NCBI GenBank assembly: GCA_017936845.1 | Contig: JAGBES010000021.1 | Coordinates: forward strand, 1,160-65,159 | DNA length: 64,000 bases | Source of the DNA: Bacilli bacterium | GTDB taxonomy: Bacteria; Bacillota_I; Bacilli_A; RF39; UBA660 | Direction: 5' to 3' | Made by a program: the position numbers and the translations under genes | Shown here: piece by piece, positions 19,295 through 28,969 of the stretch | Layout of the letters: each line of letters begins with the position of its first letter | How positions within the stretch are numbered: position 1 is the stretch's first letter | Notes under the pieces: generated by a model | The model's database searches: none | Seen by the model: only the letters and a program-made list of their open reading frames with translations | What the model was told of the DNA's origin: nothing

Positions 19295-20545
19295 CTACTT
19301 TGTTCTTTTATACATATAAACAGTTATATATGGATCTAATACACTAAATGGTGTACTACTTCCTGTTACTTCTGTATCACTTTTTGTTCCAGCAAATGTA
19401 CTTGTTACTGTTCCTGCTGCTGTTACTGAATGTGTATGCGTTGTATTACTTAAAGATACTGTTCCTTTTGCTGTTACTGTATGAGTATGTGCTCCTCCAC
19501 TTAATGTTCCATCAATCCATCTAGCATATGGATAAGCAGAATCTCCTTTTATATATTGTGCTTGCCATTCATATCCTGTTTTTGTACCACTTGGCCAAGC
19601 AAGTATCTTTTGTTCAAATGTGTGAGTATGACTTCCATTACTTGATGTTGTTGCACTACTTCCTGAAAACGTTGCAGTTGGAGTAACACTATTATTTCCT
19701 GTTGTAACTTTATTACCTGTAAATGTACTTGTTACTGTTCCTGATGGTGTATATAAATGTGAATGTGGTGGTAAATTTACATCTGCAAGTGAAATATTTC
19801 CTTCTGTTCCGCCTTCTTTATTTGCTTCTTTTGTTGTTCCTCTTAATACTTTTCCATCTCCATAGCTTTCCCATTCTCCACCTAAGGCATTTTTTACTTC
19901 TTCGGCTGTTTTTAAACTTGTTGATACATATATGCTTCCTACTGGATATATTTTATTTAAAGCATTTTCCGTTCCTACTTCATTATTGTTAATTTTTTCT
20001 TTTAAATCTTTATTATCTTTTTCTAACTCATCTACTCTACTTGATAGTTTTGTTATTGTTGATATTATATCATTTGATTCTTCTGAATTTAAATCATCTG
20101 ATGAAGCTGTAAGTAAACATATATCATCACTATTTAATGATAATAATTTTACTATGTTTTCTTTATAATTCTTTTTAGCACATATTTTTTCATCTATTGC
20201 TACTACAAATGTATCGCCTTTATTTGTTATTTCTACTCTTCCTTTTTTAGGAATTTTTCCTTTTACTGATAATTTTTTTACATCTTCTTCGTTACTTAAA
20301 TTAAATGATATATATTTTTCATTTGTTATTTTATTTGTTTTCCAATCTATTTCTTTACCATGTATTTGTTCCATTGATAGATAATTTTCTGCTGCTTTTA
20401 CTAATGTATATGTTGAATCTTTTAATGCACTTTTTTTAGCATCACTTACTATATTTAATATTAATGGTATTGCTATAAGTGCTATTACCGATAATATTAC
20501 TATGACTGCTAATAACTCTACTAATGTAAAACCTTTTTTTCTCAT
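19295..20545 (-). CDS. type IV pilin-like protein 3 with coiled coil and phage tail-fibre-like C-terminal domain
   Basis: True start is probably M20 (ATG 20545): MRKKG|FTLVELLAVIVILSVIALIA. Pilin module with a Cys pair, a coiled coil (ITKLSSRVDELEKDNKDLKEKI), then IYPVGSIYVS...GGEWESYG and four HxH motifs (HSH, HTH, HTH, HTH) with repeated GTVTSTF(T/A)G. Confidence 0.8.
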   Translation of the reverse strand: MRKKGFTLVELLAVIVILSVIALIAIPLILNIVSDAKKSALKDSTYTLVKAAENYLSMEQIHGKEIDWKTNKITNEKYISFNLSNEEDVKKLSVKGKIPKKGRVEITNKGDTFVVAIDEKICAKKNYKENIVKLLSLNSDDICLLTASSDDLNSEESNDIISTITKLSSRVDELEKDNKDLKEKINNNEVGTENALNKIYPVGSIYVSTSLKTAEEVKNALGGEWESYGDGKVLRGTTKEANKEGGTEGNISLADVNLPPHSHLYTPSGTVTSTFTGNKVTTGNNSVTPTATFSGSSATTSSNGSHTHTFEQKILAWPSGTKTGYEWQAQYIKGDSAYPYARWIDGTLSGGAHTHTVTAKGTVSLSNTTHTHSVTAAGTVTSTFAGTKSDTEVTGSSTPFSVLDPYITVYMYKRTK

Positions 20546-20604
20546 TTTGTTAACCCTACTTTCTACTATAACTAGTATACAATAAATAAATTTATTTTTC
20601 AATA

Positions 20605-20632
20605 TAATAAAAGAGGATTAATTATCCTCTTT
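20605..20632 (-). terminator. terminator between the micro-protein genes and pilin-like gene 3
   Basis: 9-bp stem AAAGAGGAT/ATCCTCTTT followed by TTTTATTAT on the minus strand. Confidence 0.6.
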
Positions 20633-20756
20633 ACCATGCTAAACATGAACCTAATATTATAGCAAGTAAGATATATAATACAATTATGATTATATATCCG
20701 TTACCACAACAATGTCCATGACTTACAGTTTCATTGCAGCTATTTTGACAAGACAT
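20631..20756 (-). CDS. YjcZ-like tiny membrane protein with Cys/His-rich head (41 aa)
   Basis: Hand-translated: MSCQNSCNETVSHGHCCGNGYIIIIVLYILLAIILGSCLAW. RBS GGAGG 8 nt upstream. Below the ORF-track cutoff. Confidence 0.55.
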   Translation of the reverse strand: MSCQNSCNETVSHGHCCGNGYIIIIVLYILLAIILGSCLAW

Positions 20757-20774
20757 AATTAACCTCCTAACTTA

Positions 20775-20858
20775 TTAAATATAAGCTCCTAGTATTATGA
20801 TTAAAAGAATAAATAAAACTAAAACAATAGCAGCTCCTGATACACCTGAGTTACACAT
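20775..20858 (-). CDS. YjcZ-family tiny sporulation membrane protein (27 aa)
   Basis: Hand-translated: MCNSGVSGAAIVLVLFILLIIILGAYI. RBS GGAGGA. The (F)A(L)IVVLFILLII core is the hallmark of the Bacillus YjcZ / tiny-TM family. Confidence 0.6.
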   Translation of the reverse strand: MCNSGVSGAAIVLVLFILLIIILGAYI

Positions 20859-20995
20859 ATATAACATTCCTCCTTTTTTTATCTTTTCACATTATTTTAT
20901 GGAAATTTTTTTATTATGTGATTACTTATGTTTATTTTCTTGTAATTTAATGTATTTTTTGATAATATATATATATAGTTTAAAGGAGGATATTT

Positions 20996-21955
20996 ATGAA
21001 AAAGAAACTATTATTAATTTCATTATGTAGTATATTATTACTATGTTCAGGTTGTAAAAAAGAAGTAAAACTAAAAGATGGTAAAGAAGTTGTTGCTTCT
21101 ATAGAAGGGAAGGATTTCACTGCTGAAGAGTTATTTGATGAATTAAAAGAAACTTATGGAGCTAGTACATTAACAAATATGATTGATGATTATATTGTTG
21201 ATAAAGAAGTAAAAGATAGTGATGAAGCAAATGAATATGCTAAGGCACAAATCGAATCTATGAAACAACAATATGAATCAGCTGGTTATGATTGGAATAA
21301 TGTTTTATCTCAATATGGTTATAGTAGTGAAAAAGATTTAGTTAAAGATTATTCTAAAGATTATAAAAAACAAATAGTTGCTAAAAACTACCTAAAAAAA
21401 GAAGTTACTGAAGATGAAATAAATAGATATTACGAAGAAGAAATTTATGGTAATTATACAGTAAAACATATTTTAATTAAACCTGAAACAAAGGATGATA
21501 TGTCTGATACAGAAATAGAAGAAGCTGAAAATAAAGCTAAAGAAAAAGCAGAAGAAGTTATAAAAAAATTAGATGATGGTTCTAAATGGGCTGATTTAGT
21601 TAAAGATTATTCTGAAGATGAAGGTTCTAAAAGCAATGAAGGTCTTATCGAGAACTTTACTAAAGGTGATGTTGTAGATGAATTTTTCGAAGCTACTTTA
21701 GAACTTAAAGATGGAGAATACACTAAAGAACCTGTTGAAAGTACTTATGGATATCATATTATTTTAAAGGTTAGTAATACTGAGAAGCCAAGTGTTAAAG
21801 ATTCTAAAGAAAAAATATTAAAAGAAATTGTTGAAAATAAATTAAGCAATGATGAAAATCTTTATAATAATACTTGGACTAAAATAAGAGAATCTTACAA
21901 ATTAAATATTAATGATTCTACAATTAAATCTGCTTATAATAAAAATAATAATTAA
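20996..21955 (+). CDS. prsA: foldase lipoprotein PrsA (PpiC-type peptidyl-prolyl isomerase)
   Basis: Lipobox LLLCSG|C. Parvulin domain (YTVKHILIKPE ... YGYHIILK). Confidence 0.85.
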   Translation: MKKKLLLISLCSILLLCSGCKKEVKLKDGKEVVASIEGKDFTAEELFDELKETYGASTLTNMIDDYIVDKEVKDSDEANEYAKAQIESMKQQYESAGYDWNNVLSQYGYSSEKDLVKDYSKDYKKQIVAKNYLKKEVTEDEINRYYEEEIYGNYTVKHILIKPETKDDMSDTEIEEAENKAKEKAEEVIKKLDDGSKWADLVKDYSEDEGSKSNEGLIENFTKGDVVDEFFEATLELKDGEYTKEPVESTYGYHIILKVSNTEKPSVKDSKEKILKEIVENKLSNDENLYNNTWTKIRESYKLNINDSTIKSAYNKNNN

Positions 21956-21981
21956 AAAGACTACATTTAATGTAGTTTTTT

Positions 21982-22827
21982 CTATTCTTTTAAATGTTCT
22001 TCTAAATTAGTTATTTTATACCCTCTACTTTTTATATAATTAATAATTATAGGTAATTCTTCTTCTAATTCACTATTCAAATTAAAGGATATAATACTAC
22101 CACTTTCTAAATTATTTTTTACTTCTGTATAAGGATTTTTATTTATTATTATATTTGGTATTATAGTGTAGTTATTATTTAATTTACATGTTTTTAATAA
22201 TTCTTTGTCTTTACTTTCACTATAACAATATCCTGTTTTTTGTTTACCTATTTTTTCTATTATTGTTTCCATCCATACAAATGAACTATCATTATAATCT
22301 CTATTATAGCTCAAATTACCTATAATATGATTTTCTCTTATTAATATTGGAACTAAATTGCTATTTTTTTCTAACCAGTATCCATCTACAAATAGATTAC
22401 CTTTTACTTCTTTTTTATCTAATATTTTTATTAAATTATCTATGTTATCATTTTTATCAATTAGAAATAATAAACTAACCATTTTTTTATTTTTATTTCC
22501 TTTTATAATAAATTTATCTTTATTTTTTTCTAATAATATTTTAGGTTTTGTTTCATCTAGAACTATCAATGATTCTTCAAATTTTCCATATCTTTTCATT
22601 CTACTATAACTTTTATTTATATTTAATTTTTCTCCACTCAATCCAGGAATTATTGTATCATCTTTTATAGTGGCATTTTCCCCTGGATTTTTATATTTAT
22701 TTTCTATTTTTTTTATTTCTATCATTATTGAATCATATTCTTTTACTACACTTACTGTCTTTTCGGTATAAAAAAAACTAAATCCCATTAAAGAAATGAT
22801 TCCTATAATTTGAAATAGTCTTTTCAT
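21982..22827 (-). CDS. NodB-fold polysaccharide deacetylase-like protein (PdaB-like) with degenerate catalytic motifs
   Basis: Signal anchor. Collinear with the PdaB layout (KMVSLLFLID.. / ..NHIIGNLSY.. / ..IISFNLN..), but the TFDD-type Asp pair is not conserved. Confidence 0.4.
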   Translation of the reverse strand: MKRLFQIIGIISLMGFSFFYTEKTVSVVKEYDSIMIEIKKIENKYKNPGENATIKDDTIIPGLSGEKLNINKSYSRMKRYGKFEESLIVLDETKPKILLEKNKDKFIIKGNKNKKMVSLLFLIDKNDNIDNLIKILDKKEVKGNLFVDGYWLEKNSNLVPILIRENHIIGNLSYNRDYNDSSFVWMETIIEKIGKQKTGYCYSESKDKELLKTCKLNNNYTIIPNIIINKNPYTEVKNNLESGSIISFNLNSELEEELPIIINYIKSRGYKITNLEEHLKE

Positions 22828-22858
22828 ATCATCACCTATTTAAATATATGTGATTTTT

Positions 22859-23995
22859 TTATTTTTTTTCATAATTTAAGTGTTTTAATTCAGGTAAAAC
22901 AAATAATCCGTCTTTTCTTATTAATTGATGGTCAAAATATATTTCTCCTCCACCATATTCTTTTCTTTGTATTAATACTAAATCCCAATGGATACTTGAA
23001 TCATTGCCATTATATGCATCATAATATGCTTGACCTGGTGTAAAATGAATACTTCCTATTATCTTTTCATCAAATAATATATCTCCCATTGGATTTTTTA
23101 TAGCAGGATTTAATCCTATTGCGAATTCACCTATGTATCTAGCTCCTTCATCTGTATCAAATATTTCATTTAATTTTTCATTATTTGATGATGCTGTTGC
23201 TTCTATTATTTTTCCATCTTTAAATTTTAAACTTACGTTTTCAAATACGTATCCTTGATATGGACTTTTAGTATTGTATGTAATTATTCCATTTACACTA
23301 TATTTTTCAGGAGCTGTATATATTTCTCCATCTGGTATATTATATTTACCACAACATGGAATTGATGGCATTTTATTAATACTAAATGTTATATCTGTAT
23401 CTGGTCCAATTATTCTAACATTTTTGGTTTTTTCCATTAATTCTTTTAATGGTTTTACATCATCATACATTTTACTATAGTCTATATTCATAGCATTTAG
23501 TGAAAAATCCATAAATTTTTCTGTTTTCATATTTGCTTTAAAAGCATCTAATCTGGATGGATAATTCAATAATACCCATCTTTTTTTATTTATTCTTATA
23601 GCATCACTTTCTTTTGTTGCTGCTCCTATTTTTTTTCTTATTTCTTTATCTATCTCATTATTTTCAAAGTCATTTGTTGAATATCTTATATTAATAAAAC
23701 AGTCATAATTTTCTACATCAAATTCATTATGCTTTTTTATTTCTTTTATTCTATTATCATTTGTATTTTCTAACAATAATGAATTAATTTCACTATCTAT
23801 TATTCTTACAAATGGTATTCCTTTATTTTTTACAATATCTTTTATTAAATAATTAATAAATTCATTTGCTTTTGTTGTACTTACTGTTATTAATATTCTA
23901 TCATCTGCTTTTACTTTTAATGAATAATTTACAATTGTACTACTTAATTTTTTTAGTCTTTCATTCATTTTTTCACTCTTTCCTAGTTCTTTCAT
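22859..23995 (-). CDS. aminopeptidase, M29 (AmpS/PepS) family
   Basis: NIPDGEIYTAP, GEFAIGLNP and SIHWDLV are typical of M29. The start may be M10 (ATG 23968). Confidence 0.8.
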   Translation of the reverse strand: MKELGKSEKMNERLKKLSSTIVNYSLKVKADDRILITVSTTKANEFINYLIKDIVKNKGIPFVRIIDSEINSLLLENTNDNRIKEIKKHNEFDVENYDCFINIRYSTNDFENNEIDKEIRKKIGAATKESDAIRINKKRWVLLNYPSRLDAFKANMKTEKFMDFSLNAMNIDYSKMYDDVKPLKELMEKTKNVRIIGPDTDITFSINKMPSIPCCGKYNIPDGEIYTAPEKYSVNGIITYNTKSPYQGYVFENVSLKFKDGKIIEATASSNNEKLNEIFDTDEGARYIGEFAIGLNPAIKNPMGDILFDEKIIGSIHFTPGQAYYDAYNGNDSSIHWDLVLIQRKEYGGGEIYFDHQLIRKDGLFVLPELKHLNYEKK

Positions 23996-24020
23996 ACTAT
24001 ATTATGAAAGGAGTTTTTTT

Positions 24021-24227
24021 ATGTATACAAATTATAATTATTCTAATATTCCAACAAATTATAGTAGATATCAAAATGATGATAGAATTGTTGGTGGATT
24101 TTTAGGACCGTTTATATTAGGTGGTATAACTGGTGGTTTACTTGCTCCTGCATTCTATCCAAGACCATATTATAATAATTATTATCCATATCCTGTTTCT
24201 TATTATTATGGAGGATATTATAGATAA
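24021..24227 (+). CDS. Tyr/Pro/Gly-rich small protein (68 aa)
   Basis: Strong RBS AAAGGAG. Sequence has a central GGFLGPFILGGITGGLLAP segment and a C-terminal PYYNNYYPYPVSYYYGGYYR. Confidence 0.5.
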   Translation: MYTNYNYSNIPTNYSRYQNDDRIVGGFLGPFILGGITGGLLAPAFYPRPYYNNYYPYPVSYYYGGYYR

Positions 24228-24233
24228 TATACA

Positions 24234-24259
24234 AAAACAGCAAAAAAATTTGCTGTTTT
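24234..24259. terminator. bidirectional terminator between the Tyr-rich gene and pyk
   Basis: 11-bp stem AAAACAGCAAA/TTTGCTGTTTT with an AAAA loop. Confidence 0.65.
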
Positions 24260-24277
24260 ATTAATTTATATAAGTTT

Positions 24278-25681
24278 TTATATTTCCTCTATCTTCATAA
24301 AGTTTGTAATTCTTTTTACGCCATTATTTGGAAAACCACCAGTTATTACTACTTTATCTTTTGGATTTAAATTAAATATTTCTTTTGCTTTTTCTTTTGC
24401 TATTTCTACTACTTCATCAGTACTATTACATACTGGAACTATACATGAATATACACCATAATTTAAAGATAAACTACGAGCAACTTCAGCACTTGTACAA
24501 GTTGCTAAAATCATACTATTAGGTTTTAAATTACTTATTTTTCTAGCACTATATCCACTAACTGTACTTGCTACTACTACTTTTATGTCTAATACTTTAG
24601 TACTTTCAACTACACCATCTGCTATTGTTTCTGTAATTCCTATTTTGTCTTTATATTGGAATGTTCCATTGTAATATTTTTCTGAATTTTCACATATTTC
24701 TGCCATATATTTAACTGTTTCTGCTGGGTATTTACCCATTGTTGTTTCTCCTGATAACATAACAGCATCTGCTCCATCTAATACAGCATTAGCAACATCA
24801 CTTACTTCTGCACGTGTTGGACGAGCAGATTTTTTCATTGATTCTAGCATTTCAGTTGCTACTATACAGAATTTTCCTTTTTCACGACAAGCTTTAATTA
24901 TTTTCTTTTGATATATTGGAAGCATTGTCATAGGAACTTCTACTCCTAAATCTCCTCTTGCTACCATAATACCATCTGATTCTTCTATTATTGAATCTAA
25001 GTTTTCTATTCCTGTCATACTTTCAATTTTTGATATTATTTTTAAATCTTCTCTATTTTCTTCTTTTAATATTTTTTTAGCTTCTAATACATCTTCTACA
25101 CATGATACAAATGATAAAGCTAAAAAGTCACCAGAATTACGACAAGCATAAATTATATCTTCTCTATCTTGTTCACTTATAAATGGAATATCTAGTTTTA
25201 CACCAGGAACACTTAAACTTTTTTTATTTCCTAAAACTCCTCCATTTATAATTTTACAAGTTACTCCATCTTCTTCTTTAGATATAACTGTCATTTTCAT
25301 TAAACCATTTTCTAGTAAAATAACATTTCCTACTTCAAGTGAGTCTATCGCATTTGGATGGTTAACTGAAAATCTTTCTTCATTTCCTAATACTTCTTCT
25401 TTTACAATTCTAATTGTTTTTCCTTCTACTAGATTTATTTCATCATTTTCTAACATTCCATTTCTAAATTCTGGACCTTTTGTATCATATAATATTCCAA
25501 TATGAAGACCAGTTCTTTTTGTTACTTCTTTTACAGTAGCAATATCTTTTTGTTTTTCTTCTTCTGTTGCATGTGAAAAATTAATACGGGCTACATTCGC
25601 TCCATTTAATACCATTTGTTCAAAAACATCTGGAATATAACTAGATGGTCCAAGACTAGTAATAATTTTTGTTTTTTTCAT
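24278..25681 (-). CDS. pyk: pyruvate kinase
   Basis: MKKTKIITSLGPSS..., GANVARINFSHA, MVARGDLGVE. Start set at ATG 25681 with a GAGGAGGAG RBS. Confidence 0.9.
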   Translation of the reverse strand: MKKTKIITSLGPSSYIPDVFEQMVLNGANVARINFSHATEEEKQKDIATVKEVTKRTGLHIGILYDTKGPEFRNGMLENDEINLVEGKTIRIVKEEVLGNEERFSVNHPNAIDSLEVGNVILLENGLMKMTVISKEEDGVTCKIINGGVLGNKKSLSVPGVKLDIPFISEQDREDIIYACRNSGDFLALSFVSCVEDVLEAKKILKEENREDLKIISKIESMTGIENLDSIIEESDGIMVARGDLGVEVPMTMLPIYQKKIIKACREKGKFCIVATEMLESMKKSARPTRAEVSDVANAVLDGADAVMLSGETTMGKYPAETVKYMAEICENSEKYYNGTFQYKDKIGITETIADGVVESTKVLDIKVVVASTVSGYSARKISNLKPNSMILATCTSAEVARSLSLNYGVYSCIVPVCNSTDEVVEIAKEKAKEIFNLNPKDKVVITGGFPNNGVKRITNFMKIEEI

Positions 25682-25774
25682 ATTATACTCCTCCTCAAAA
25701 CTAGATAATTTTACCACAAAAATTATATATTTGTCAATTGCTCTATTTTATATTTACAAAAAAAAGAAAAGAAG

Positions 25775-27328
25775 CTATTTTGCTTCTTCTATTGCTCTTG
25801 TTTCTCTAACTACAGTTACTTTTATAGTACCTGGATATTGTAATTCATTTTCTATTTTTTCTTTTATTTCTCTAGCTACTCTATAACTTCCTAAATCATC
25901 TATTTCTTCTGGTTTTACAATAACTCTTACTTCTCTACCAGCTTGAACGGCATAAGATTTTTCTACACCTTCTATACTTGTTGCTATTTTTTCTAAGTCT
26001 TCTAGTCTCTTTACATAATTTTCTAATGAATCACTTCTAGCACCTGGACGAGATGCTGACAAAGCATCAGCTATAGCTACTATTGTAGAGATAATACTAG
26101 TTGCTTCTGTATCTCCATGATGAGATTCAATAGCATTTACTACAATATCTGATTCTTTATATTTTTTAGCTATTTCGCTTCCTATTGAAACATGACTACC
26201 TTCTGTTTCATGATCTATAGCTTTTCCTATATCATGCAATAACCCTGCTCTTTTAGCAATATTTATATTTTCTCCTATTTCAGCTGCTATTAATCCAGAT
26301 ATATGAGCAACTTCTAATGAATGCATTAAAACATTTTGACCAAAACTTGTTCTAAAATGTAGTTTACCTATTAACTCTACTAATTCAGCATCCATTTTAG
26401 TTATTCCTAATTCAAATAGTGCTGATTCTCCATATTCTCTTATTTTCAAGTTCATTTCTTTACTTACTTTATCATATAATTCTTCTATTCTTGTTGGATG
26501 TATTCTTCCATCTTTAATTAATGTTTCTAGAGTAATTCTAGCTATTTCTCTTCTTAATGGATCAAATGAAGATAAAACTATAGCCTCTGGTGTATCATCG
26601 ATTATTAAATCTACTCCTGTTACTGCTTCTATTGTTCTAATATTTCTTCCTTCTCTACCAATTATTCTACCTTTCATTTCATCATTTGGTAATTCTACAA
26701 CTGTAACAGTTTGTTCATTTGCCACATCACTTGAATATTTTTGCATGCATGATACTAACATTGCTTTTGCTTTTTTATCTACTTCTAATTTAGCTTCTGA
26801 TTCTCTTTCTTTAATATAACTAATTATTTCTAAGTTCATCATTTCTTCCACTTTTTTTAAGATTACATCTTTTGCTTCTGATTTTGATAATCCTGCAATT
26901 TTTTCTAATTCTTCTATTTGTTGTTGTTTAATTTCATCCACTTTTACTTGTTCATTTTGAATTTCTTTTTGTTTATTAATTAAATTATTTTCTTTTTCAT
27001 CTAATAAGAGTTCACGATTTTGCATAGTTTGATCTCTTCTATCGATATTTGTCTCACGAATTAATAATCGTTCCTCTATTTCTTTTATTTCACTTTTTTT
27101 ATCTTTTACATAATTATCTGTTTCTAATTTTATACGATATGCTTCATCTTTTGCTTCTACAATACTATCTCTTTTTGCTTTTTCAGCTTCTTTCTTAGCA
27201 TTTTCTATCATTTTTTCTGCTTTTGATTCTGCATTAGCATTTTTAATATAATTAAAAATAATCATAACAATTATTCCAACAAAAAGTCCGATTAAAACTA
27301 GTAAAATGGAGAAAAATACATTATCCAT
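25775..27328 (-). CDS. rny: ribonuclease Y
   Basis: N-terminal TM, coiled coil, KH domain ([12 protein letters not shown]) and HD domain (HSLEV...LLHDIGK). Confidence 0.9.
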   Translation of the reverse strand: MDNVFFSILLVLIGLFVGIIVMIIFNYIKNANAESKAEKMIENAKKEAEKAKRDSIVEAKDEAYRIKLETDNYVKDKKSEIKEIEERLLIRETNIDRRDQTMQNRELLLDEKENNLINKQKEIQNEQVKVDEIKQQQIEELEKIAGLSKSEAKDVILKKVEEMMNLEIISYIKERESEAKLEVDKKAKAMLVSCMQKYSSDVANEQTVTVVELPNDEMKGRIIGREGRNIRTIEAVTGVDLIIDDTPEAIVLSSFDPLRREIARITLETLIKDGRIHPTRIEELYDKVSKEMNLKIREYGESALFELGITKMDAELVELIGKLHFRTSFGQNVLMHSLEVAHISGLIAAEIGENINIAKRAGLLHDIGKAIDHETEGSHVSIGSEIAKKYKESDIVVNAIESHHGDTEATSIISTIVAIADALSASRPGARSDSLENYVKRLEDLEKIATSIEGVEKSYAVQAGREVRVIVKPEEIDDLGSYRVAREIKEKIENELQYPGTIKVTVVRETRAIEEAK

Positions 27329-27498
27329 ATTATACCTCCATTAATTTCTATTAAAGTAAATTATATTTACCCAATTTAATTATAATATTTATTTTAGAAA
27401 ATTACAAGTTTTTATTTAATAATGTTATATTTTTATTTTTATGATAAAATATTACAAGGATATAGTATATTTTTTTGTGTATATAATAGGAGGTAAAA

Positions 27499-27972
27499 AT
27501 GAAAGATAATGATTTATATATAACACAATTATATAATAGAAATGTTGATCGTATGTACAAGATTTGTTATATCTATTTTAAAGGAAACAAATATGACATT
27601 GAAGATGCTATACAGTCAATATTTATAAAAGTAATGGAAAAAAATATAACTTTTGAAAATTTAAATCATGAAAAAGCTTGGTTTATTGTTGCTACTAATA
27701 ATTTTTGTAAAAATAAAGTTAAACATTGGTGGAATAAAAATAAAGAATTAGATTTTGATATTAAAGATGAGATAAAAGAAGATAATACTTTAGAAAAAGT
27801 ATTAAATTTACCTTCAAAATATAAAACGGCTATTTATATGCATTATTACGAGGGTTACTCATGCATAGAAATAGCTAACATATTAGGTATTAATGAAAAT
27901 ACAATTTATTCTTATCTACATAAAGGAAGATTATTATTAAAAGAAATTATTGAGGAGGAAGAAAATGAATAA
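27499..27972 (+). CDS. ECF-type sigma-70 family RNA polymerase sigma factor
   Basis: 157 aa. The region 4 HTH is YYEGYSCIEIANILGINENTIYSYLHKGR. Confidence 0.8.
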   Translation: MKDNDLYITQLYNRNVDRMYKICYIYFKGNKYDIEDAIQSIFIKVMEKNITFENLNHEKAWFIVATNNFCKNKVKHWWNKNKELDFDIKDEIKEDNTLEKVLNLPSKYKTAIYMHYYEGYSCIEIANILGINENTIYSYLHKGRLLLKEIIEEEENE

Positions 27973-28942
27973 GTTTAAAAAAACAATTGACAAAATTGAA
28001 TTAGATGAAACCGAAAAAAGAAAAATACTAAACAATATTTTGAATCATAAAAAGAAATCATTTAGTTTTAATACATTTGTATTAAAGTTTGCAACATTTG
28101 TTTTAGCATCAACTTTAGTTATAGGAAGTTCATATGCGCTTGTAAAATACTTTAAGTTAGACAATAAAATTAAAGATTTATTTGATTTAAACGATAAAGT
28201 TGCCAATGATATAGAAGGATCAGATATTAATATATCTAAAAAATATGAAGATTTAACAATTAATATTTTACAAACTATTACATCTGAAAATAATTTATAT
28301 ATAAGATTAGATTTAATTGGTAAAAATGGAAAAAAATATATTTCAAATAAATTATTAAACGAAAATTTTATTAATGAAGATGATATTGAAAGAACAGAGT
28401 ATGATGATGGTATGATAGAGTATTTTTTTAATAACCAATCTTATGAAAGTGTTGGTATGACATTACTTGATGAAAAAGAAAATATTACATCTTATTTATT
28501 AGAATTTTCATTTGTTAAAAGTTTTAATGGTGGTATATATGCATTAAGAATATATACTGAAAATGATAAATCATATGATATAACATTCAATATAGAAAAA
28601 AACAACAGTAAAACTATAAAAAAAGAAATTAGTAAAACTATATATGATAAAAATAATTTAATATTAAAAACAAATTATATTTCTATAAATTATAATAATA
28701 TAACTTTAAATTATAATGTTAATGATGATAATATATTTAGCAATTTAGAAGCTTATGGTGAACAATTTGAATCATGTAAATTAAAATATAAAGATAATAA
28801 AATAGAAAATCTTGTTTTGATTATAAATAAAAGTCAAAATAATGATGGATCATATAATTCTATATTTGGTTATAAAAATAATTTTATTGATTTAGATAAT
28901 GTTAAATCTATTATAATAAATAATACTGAATTTGAATTATAA
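27965..28942 (+). CDS. putative anti-sigma factor (single-pass membrane protein, DUF4179-like)
   Basis: Start ATG 27965 overlaps the sigma stop (ATGAATAA) and has a GAGGAGGAAG RBS. Short cytoplasmic head, one TM, extracytoplasmic domain. Confidence 0.5.
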   Translation: MNKFKKTIDKIELDETEKRKILNNILNHKKKSFSFNTFVLKFATFVLASTLVIGSSYALVKYFKLDNKIKDLFDLNDKVANDIEGSDINISKKYEDLTINILQTITSENNLYIRLDLIGKNGKKYISNKLLNENFINEDDIERTEYDDGMIEYFFNNQSYESVGMTLLDEKENITSYLLEFSFVKSFNGGIYALRIYTENDKSYDITFNIEKNNSKTIKKEISKTIYDKNNLILKTNYISINYNNITLNYNVNDDNIFSNLEAYGEQFESCKLKYKDNKIENLVLIINKSQNNDGSYNSIFGYKNNFIDLDNVKSIIINNTEFEL

Positions 28943-28969
28943 AACAAGAAGTTAATCTATAACTTCTTG
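28943..28969. repeat. left copy of the 27-bp direct repeat (target duplication) flanking the IS; itself a perfect hairpin
   Basis: ACAAGAAGTTAATCTATAACTTCTTGT, identical to 30570-30596. 10-bp stem and 7-nt loop. Confidence 0.85.

Noticed and set aside
20797-21030. A 77-aa plus-strand ORF between pilin-like gene 3 and prsA.
   Set aside because: It is antisense to the RBS-equipped YjcZ-like micro-ORF at 20775-20858 and runs into the prsA start. It has no RBS and a hydrophobic junk-like sequence.
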